A stretch of DNA of 59,167 bases, from assembly GCF_001194135.2 (NCBI RefSeq), contig NC_068982.1, positions 181,990,623 through 182,049,789 of the forward strand, written 5' to 3'. Positions 50,865-59,167 of this stretch are shown here, piece after piece. The notes beneath the pieces are model-generated. The model searched no databases and was not told the origin of the DNA. It saw only the letters and a program-made list of their open reading frames with translations. The position numbers and the translations under genes were made by a program. Source of the DNA: Octopus bimaculoides. Lineage: Eukaryota. Position 1 is the stretch's first letter; every line of letters starts with the position of its first letter.

Positions 50865-51076
50865 GGTTTCAAACTTTGACACATAGCTGGCAACGTTGGA
50901 GGAAGAGGCACATCTTTACGACGACCCCGTTTTTCAACGGGCATTTATTATATTGACCCAGAAGTGATGAACGGTAAAGTCGGTCCAAGCAGCATTTGAC
51001 CCCAGAATGTAAAAATGGGAGACGTACCGTTCAGCGTTTCGACCAACGTGCTGATAATTCTGCCAGCTCACCGCCT
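50865..51076 (-). mobile_element. SINE family B, diverged, minus strand
   Basis: The reverse complement begins GGCGGTGAGCTGGCAGAATTATCAGCACG and carries TTCTGGGTCAA..CTTTACC.TTCATC..GGGTCAATATAAT..GGGGTCGTCG. Confidence 0.8.
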
Positions 51077-53613
51077 AGATATCGATGGAATTATTAACTA
51101 GTTAATGTAGTTTATTGTTTCTCACTATGTGCTTCACATAGCCCGCCTATGTCCATATGAACTGTTTCTCTGTTCAACCAACGCTGGCATTTGTCGTAGT
51201 TATTTGAATCTATATCACTGTGCGTGAACAAATCTTTTATAGAAAAGTAACTACCTTGCAACACGTTTAGAGCCGAAATAGTAGAAAATAATAAGTATTG
51301 CATACCTTATGATCTAGATAGCTGAGCGAAAGCAATAACGCTTGGAGATCAATAGAAGTGTATCCTCTTGCGGCATTAGGCTGACGAAGAGATTAAAGAA
51401 AGCGTACTTTCACTACGTAAGCATGGGAGAAGAAAAGTTCAGGTGAAAATAGGTATGAGACAGGATTTAGTATCAGGCGAGTAAAAGTAGAGGTTATCAT
51501 AAGCGGAGGTTAACGAAGTGAGCAATGCTGTTTTTATTTAATTAATTATTTATTTATTTATTTATTTAGTTATATAATTATGTTTTTTTTAGCCGCTGAT
51601 AATGCAAAAAATATCGCTGGCTACGGACAAAGTTTTCTGGGAACAGCCATTCGACAACCCCAATAGATGCGCTTAATCCTGAATAATGCTTCAATGGTCA
51701 AAATTTCGGCATGTAAGCCACTATTGTGTATTTCAAACGATACCCTACGTCCCATGGTGTTGTAAAAGTAATGGCGAGTGCGCATGGGAACCTACCAAAC
51801 TTAATGCCCGTTCCCCTACTGAATTTACTGGCTCGGCGTGAAAAAACATATCTTGGTTAGAACTATTAAATAAATGAATGAGTGTGCATTCATATGAGCA
51901 TAACGTATGTACGCAAGTGTGTGTGTGTGTATATGTATATATGTGTGTGTATTAGAAACATTGTACACGTCTACACAACGCTTTTCTCATTTCTCAAAAG
52001 CAAATTACCCTGACGTACATAATTATAATAAAGTACACTAATGACATCAGCACAACTAAAGTCATATAATGGCAAGATTTATTTAATTCTGAAGTGCATA
52101 TCACACCTAGGATTGTTATTAAACAATCCTAGGTTAAGGTGAAGGCATTTAATGCATCTTACTAATGCTGAATATGCAAGGAAGTTTAGAGAAAGAAGAA
52201 TCTCATAAAATATACTTGATGTATTGCAGCAACTGTAAAAGGAATTCGCAATAGAAATTTCTTTGCACGCACGCATAAAAAGTCTAGCAAATGTACGATT
52301 CAATCCTGCTTTTAAGTGATTCCTATATCACTGGAAGTATTTTTTATGATTGAAAGAAACCATTTGCTGATAGTAATTCTTATATAAGAATACGCGGGAG
52401 TATATGTGAGCTTCTACACGGATAAGAATTATATAGAAATATATAAGTGTGTGTATATATATANNNNNNNNNNNNNNNNNNNNNNNNNNNNNNNNNNNNN
52501 NNNNNNNNNNNNNNNNNNNNNNNNNNNNNNNNNNNNNNNNNNNNNNNNNNNNNNNNNNNNNNNNNNNNNNNNNNNNNNNNNNNNNNNNNNNNNNNNNNNN
52601 NNNNNNNNNNNNNNNNNNNNNNNNNNNNNNNNNNNNNNNNNNNNNNNNNNNNNNNNNNNNNNNNNNNNNNNNNNNNNNNNNNNNNNNNNNNNNNNNNNNN
52701 NNNNNNNNNNNNNNNNNNNNNNNNNNNNNNNNNNNNNNNNNNNNNNNNNNNNNNNNNNNNNNNNNNNNNNNNNNNNNNNNNNNNNNNNNNNNNNNNNNNN
52801 NNNNNNNNNNNNNNNNNNNNNNNNNNNNNNNNNNNNNNNNNNNNNNNNNNNNNNNNNNNNNNNNNNNNNNNNNNNNNNNNNNNNNNNNNNNNNNNNNNNN
52901 NNNNNNNNNNNNNNNNNNNNNNNNNNNNNNNNTATATACATATATATATATAATGGAAGTATGTATATGTATGTATATATCTATATATATGAGTGTATGC
53001 ATACATATACATGTACGTTTGCATGGGTATATGATAATATTTAAGTAATTGCATATACGCATATATTAAGCGCTTATATATCTGTACGTATGGTGGGCAT
53101 GTAGCTGTGTGTTCTGTGTGTATGCATGTATATACATACGTAGTTAAATATTATAATTGCATATACATCAAGCAAAGAAACACACAGGTACACAAATCGA
53201 CGTACACATATAAATTGCATTTGTTCATAGAAAGTCCTTTTTAGTAAGGGAAGTGAAATCGTAAGTATATATGAATTTCTTTCAACGTTGGTCGCTTACT
53301 GGATATATTTTATGGATCTCTGCTAAGTTTTTATGCGCTTATGCAAAGAGACAAATCAAATAAACATCTCAGAAGACGTTTTGCGATTTTTTTCGGTTTT
53401 TTTTTTCGTTTCCGCATCTATTTCTTTCGATGGATTTTAAGATATAGCAATTCGCTCCCATTTTGAAAGTTTCTGATATAAAATATATCTCTTAAGATAT
53501 TAATGTTGCTTGCTGTTTTTGTTTTTACATATCTATGCAATTTTTGTTATTAATTCTTTCTCATAAAAACATTCAATTCATCACTTTTGTTTCTGTTCCT
53601 TTCTTCTCCACAG

Positions 53614-53793
53614 GATGAAAAACATTACTGCAAATTTTCAGAGACGGTCCATTGTTAGTTTATAAAGGAAGTGTTTATGTTTCTGTATCACTCAAACTGG
53701 GCATCAAGACTAATGATATGGTTCACTCCAGATCAATATGTCACCCACTAATTATGAACAGAAATGTACTGCAGACATTGAAACAGAAACAAG
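53614..53793 (+). other. Candidate 180-nt spliced exon of an unidentified plus-strand transcript
   Basis: Very strong acceptor TTTTGTTTCTGTTCCTTTCTTCTCCACAG and donor AAG|GTATT. One frame is open from just after an initial TGA to the donor. Confidence 0.4.
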
Positions 53794-53924
53794 GTATTCT
53801 CCGCTTAAAGGAATGCTGAAATAATTCAATGCGTGTGTGTGGGTGGGGGATGTGCTGGCTTTGGTACGGAAGTAAGCATTATATTCACTAATCGCTTATT
53901 ATTGACTAATAATATGAGAGAAAA

Positions 53925-53943
53925 TTATCTATCTATCTATCTA

Positions 53944-54021
<78 letters not shown>
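53925..54021. repeat. Compound (TATC)n/(TA)n/(GA)n microsatellite
   Basis: Direct reading. Confidence 0.96.
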
Positions 54022-54023
<2 letters not shown>

Positions 54024-54719
54024 CACAAATACAAGTGCATGTAACTCTTTGTGTGTAGGTGTATGAGCCTACATACTATGTATAAACACTTCGATTAAAT
54101 TAATACGCTATTTCAAAAATTCAATCTTAGGCATAATTGCATGAGAAAGATTTCAAAAGATAAACCTTTCCAGATAATGAATATTTTCAGAATATCTCGA
54201 CGTTAACATGGAATTAAATTTTGGAAGTTGTTTCTGTTTGTATACCCAAAGAATTAGCTATGTTCGTCTCTGAGTAATATTCGAAGCTGAATAAGTTTTA
54301 TCGGGGAAACCAGAGAAGAACAAAAAAAGAGAGCATTAATGTTATTTATAGTTGTGTGTGCATATGCGTGAGTTTGTGTATACATGAATATTCGTTGTTT
54401 TGTGTCAGCCATACATACAAACATATATACATAAATACCACCACCACACACACACAACGCACTCAAACACAGACACATGTATATATATGCATGAAAGAAT
54501 CTGCATGTTACAATCTGTGTATAGCTTTATAAAACGAAATCAGATTAAATTCAAGCAAGTTGTTACTTACGTTTCAATGATATTACTACAAATGAAAGCG
54601 AAAAGTGCATTGTCAGATAATTTCAAAATAATCGCAACTATCATCTATCGCCATATCCTAACCACTACGAATATATAATACGTGATTTATCTACGTGTAT
54701 GAAACCTTATATACCTATG

Positions 54720-54930
54720 TAGGTTACGAATTTGCTACGCAACGGTTTGAGTCTAGGATCCCACTGCGTGTTATCTCCGAAAAATGTGATAACTTTACCC
54801 TGGCATCGAGCAGAGCTTTGGATAGGAATTTAGGACCAGAAAGATATAGATAACCGTTGGATAGACTGTAACTATACCTCAAATTTTCAATGTTTGGTAC
54901 ACATGTGTAATGCGGTTTCATGTGAAGGAT
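54720..54930 (+). mobile_element. Highly degenerate family A-like SINE
   Basis: GGTTACGAATTTGCTACGCAAC..GGATCCCACTGCGTG resembles the family A head; weak match. Confidence 0.35.
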
Positions 54931-55125
54931 GCCTATGCCTAAGAAAACGATAACACACAGTGAGGGAACTTAACATTTAGAAACCCATCTATATGCGTGA
55001 AGATTTAGCCGACCAATTAAGCGTATTTAAATTGAAGTTGACACGACAGTCTGCACTAGTAGAAGATGTCATTAACGCAGAATGTGTAGTCATGGTCAAC
55101 TCAATATTATGCATATACAAAGTGT

Positions 55126-55161
<36 letters not shown>

Positions 55162-56714
55162 GTATATATTTAAATAAGAGCTAAAAGATGATCCATTGTA
55201 AAAACTTTATTATGACTTATGAACATTTTGATGCAATATCCAGACCAACTCATGCATAGTTTCATTATCCAAGGAAAATGGTGCATAGAAGTGGTAGAAA
55301 TGCTTCCTGTCCATGGTATGTAAAGGAAGAAAGAGGAAGAAAATATTTTAAAAAGGAGTGTTAGTTGGCGGTCAAGATATTTTGAGGTGGGATGGGAGAG
55401 GAGTAGGAGAGGGCTGGAGAGAGATAATGCATATATGTGAGGAGTGCGAGGTAGGGTGATGTGTTTGAAAGGCACTAAGGTAGAGGGATGAGTATAGAAA
55501 ATGGTACAAGAAGCGTGTAGTAAACTTCAAACAGTAGTAAACTTCAAAAACGATGGGAAAAATAAGATATAACGGTCAGGTTCCTAAAAATAGATAGAGG
55601 TGTTTATTGTGCTGGATAATATGATAATAAGTGCTAAGTAATCATACAAGGAAAGAAAGAAATGTATATTGATATACGCACGCGCGCAAACACATACATA
55701 TACATGTGTATATGCATTACTATATAGCCTTGCATACTTATGTACTTAAACCCGTACGCATATATGAATATATATATATATATANNNNNNNNNNNNNNNN
55801 NNNNNNNNNNNNNNNNNNNNNNNNNNNNNNNNNNNNNNNNNNNNNNNNNNNNNNNNNNNNNNNNNNNNNNNNNNNNNNNNNNNNNNNNNNNNNNNNNNNN
55901 NNNNNNNNNNNNNNNNNNNNNNNNNNNNNNNNNNNNNNNNNNNNNNNNNNNNNNNNNNNNNNNNNNNNNNNNNNNNNNNNNNNNNNNNNNNNNNNNNNNN
56001 NNNNNNNNNNNNNNNNNNNNNNNNNNNNNNNNNNNNNNNNNNNNNNNNNNNNNNNNNNNNNNNNNNNNNNNNNNNNNNNNNNNNNNNNNNNNNNNNNNNN
56101 NNNNNNNNNNNNNNNNNNNNNNNNNNNNNNNNNNNNNNNNNNNNNNNNNNNNNNNNNNNNNNNNNNNNNNNNNNNNNNNNNNNNNNNNNNNNNNNNNNNN
56201 NNNNNNNNNNNNNNNNNNNNNNNNNNNNNNNNNNNNNNNNNNNNNNNNNNNNNNNNNNNNNNNNNNNNNNNNNNNNNNNNNNNNNNNNNNNNNNNNNNNN
56301 NNNNNNNNNNNNNNNNNNNNNNNNNNNNNNNNNNNNNNNNNNNNNNNNNNNNNNNNNNNNNNNNNNNNNNNNNNNNNNNNNNNNNNNNNNNNNNNNNNNN
56401 NNNNNNNNNNNNNNNNNNNNNNNNNNNNNNNNNNNNNNNNNNNNNNNNNNNNNNNNNNNNNNNNNNNNNNNNNNNNNNNNNNNNNNNNNNNNNNNNNNNN
56501 NNNNNNNNNNNNNNNGTTTTATCCACTCCACGTTTCATAAGTAGGGACAATAACGACTTCGTTAAAACAGTCCTTCCCGAAAAGCAGATTGAAAAAAATG
56601 TGGGATTTATTGCGGAGGGTTACGGTGGTAACAAAAATAGGACAATAAGATCGGTTTTTGACATCCTGTACTCATATATACATGTATATATACACATATG
56701 TAGGCATGTACATG

Positions 56715-56758
<44 letters not shown>

Positions 56759-57408
56759 ATCATTATTATTATTATTATATGATCGAACGCCACGCATCTA
56801 TTTCCAAGTAAGTTTTATCTTAATTCCGATGCGCACTCTACAACCTATGCCTGTTCAGTCGCCCTCTCTTGTTCGTCTTCCATTCTGTATTTTTCTCCTG
56901 CCCTTTTTACCCTTAACTCCCAAACCCCACACAGGCAGCTAACTTGTAAGCTGCTGAGCATTCTGCAGACACGTGCAATCTTAATGCAAGATTTGGAAAG
57001 ATTTGAATCTCCCAATCTTGAGTCGTATCATTGTGCTGTGTATTTATGTACCTTATAATCTGAAATGAAACTGAGTATTAATGCAAAATGCATACATGCT
57101 TACGTCGCTAGCGGGTTGATAAACCCCCATGCTTGAATATATATTCTAACATGCACATTTAAGTGCCAATAAATACTAACTCTCGGTATTAGTACCGCCT
57201 CTGTCGCTAATATATATTTCTTAAATCATGTCACTGACTAATCGCAACACCAATGCCTGTTCTGACACTATTTTGTATATATCGCTGGCGGGTAGGTGTA
57301 ATTGCTACACTAGCGGTCGAATGTCCATCACCGACGAGACCAAATAAAGTCAAATTCAGTGATCTGGTGGTCTCAACGCTGGGGTTGGTGAGGATTTATC
57401 TCCACGCG

Positions 57409-57519
57409 AGCGAAGTAAACAAGCGTGCATTTTGCACCCAGATCCTGTAAGAGAGTTTCCCTCAGCGAAGTAAACAAGCGTGCATTTTGCACCCAGATCC
57501 TGTAAGACAGTTTCCCTCA
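57409..57519. repeat. 55-bp tandem duplication with one mismatch
   Basis: AGCGAAGTAAACAAGCGTGCATTTTGCACCCAGATCCTGTAAGASAGTTTCCCTC at 57409 and 57464. Confidence 0.95.
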
Positions 57520-57588
57520 TAGTATCTAATGCAGTAAATCTGTTCTAATAGAATATCCATGTTTAATTGGGAATGGATATTACCTGTC

Positions 57589-57644
<56 letters not shown>

Positions 57645-59167
57645 TTAACACATTCATTGCAATGTAACCTTTTGTGGAACAACTCTGTGCAACCTTACGT
57701 ATAACTAAATAAGAATATCGAAAATTTTATAAAGGTTGCATTAAGAAATATTTTTACTTTTCTAAAATGTAAAAATGTCATGCAATTGAAACGCTGTTTG
57801 ATATTCAGAACTGCTTGTTGCAATGCTGAAATCCAACCACGCTTCCAGCTTTAACATAATGCAGCATGAAACGTTAACATAATAAAATGTAAATGCTAAA
57901 AATAAATAAAAAAAACTGACATCCTCAAGAAAGGCTTATAGCCCCTTAGATTTAATACAGTTACAAATACAAATATAGAATCAGTTTCGTTATTAAACTC
58001 AATCAGTTCACAAATTGTATAACTCATTGCTGAACTTAAACTGATTATGTTCCAGTAGCAAACAAGCCAAAGATTAAATATGGATTTAAATGTAAATTTA
58101 TGTTTATTTCTGTTTAGAATATAAAGAAGAAATAATTCTGATTTAAGACCCCACTTTATCAAAGTAGAATTAATTGTGTATTCTTTTCAGTAATATTTCT
58201 TCATGTAAATTATTCATATATTTAATGTGCTGTCAAGCACGGAATTCTGTATCTCAGCTGAGAATCTACGTATTTCTTAATATTTTAATAGCAAAAGAGC
58301 AAGCATATACATATTGTAGTTTGTATAATTTTCTTGCTATTGATTAAGACATTGATAAAATCATTGATAATGTTATTTATGAGTATTTATAGCAATTATA
58401 TTGTATGTCCCATCAACTACTTACGTTGAAATTCGCTGTAAATTACTATCATAATGATTCGCCTGTACTTCAATATTCGTGATAAAATTAGAAATATCTT
58501 TATCGGAAAATTAAATGATACGCTCTCAGTTTACAGAAAGAATAATCAACACGAATCATCCACAACTTTTGCGAATATTCGCCTCAGTTCCGAGATTGGA
58601 AGAAAATAATACTTAAATTTATCGCGTAATAAATTTAATTTAATAACATTTACTCTCCTGAACCCCGGAACTATGAGCAATATCATTTTACTGTCAACGT
58701 ACTTGAATCTTCCTCAAACTTCGTATTATAAACTGATGATAAATTGACAGTTACAAAAACAGGAGCTAAAAAATATTTACCTTTCTTTACAAATCTGGGC
58801 TTCTGTAAAATATATGGAATAAATTCTTCCCGGTTCAGACCCATTGCGTCCCGCCTTAAGCAACTGCCACATTATAGCCCCTAGCCAACAAAATGCTACT
58901 GAAAGGAACCCCTTATATGTATGCATATATATATATATATATAAGTGAGAAAGTTGGTATGTGAAAGCACGTGGTTGGATGTATAAAAGATAATAAGAGT
59001 GAAAAAACTACAGAAGGCTTGTGTTACATGGTTAAAGTATATATTTAAATTATGTCAGAAAAATGTTATAAAAATGTTATAAAATCTTTTTGGTATATAA
59101 ACATTGTATTTTGAGAAATAACCGGTTTCGTGTTGTCTTTTCAAATTTCTCTACTTCATTGTGTCGT

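Noticed and set aside
56517-56670. Peptide DFVKTVLPEKQIEKNVGFIAEGYGG, or a Tc1-like TIR (TACAGGATGTC on the minus strand)
   Set aside because: It abuts a gap, so neither an exon boundary nor a partner TIR can be seen.
58781-58802. 22-nt minus-strand microexon (TTTTACAG..AAAG|GTAAAT)
   Set aside because: The sites are good, but no compatible neighbouring exon could be established and chance occurrence is likely.

Overview
AT-rich, microsatellite-dense animal genomic DNA from a short-read scaffold. It has 11 N-gaps, and most abut (TA)n/(CA)n runs. The tRNA-derived SINE families and the very high simple-repeat load suggest an octopus or other coleoid cephalopod (inference from recalled repeat families, not a database hit). 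I find no intact, recognisable protein-coding gene, and most ORF-track entries are microsatellite or N artefacts. The well-supported content is decayed transposons: an R4/Dong RLE 3' end, a near-full mariner with TIRs and TA target site, RTE and CR1-group LINE fragments, a Penelope GIY-YIG 3' end, and about 12 SINE copies from three families. Leads for follow-up: (1) a Penelope terminus with a tRNA-like Pol III cassette and a hammerhead-like core; (2) a TpA-enriched, RIP-like decayed ~305-bp tandem repeat; (3) candidate exon chains on the minus strand (39-43 kb) and plus strand (51-57 kb), including duplicated pseudo-exons and a minisatellite of splice donors; (4) a head-to-head inverted SINE pair that could be an ADAR substrate; (5) a palindromic 47-bp CpG-rich minisatellite. 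All exon and ribozyme calls are unverified inferences.
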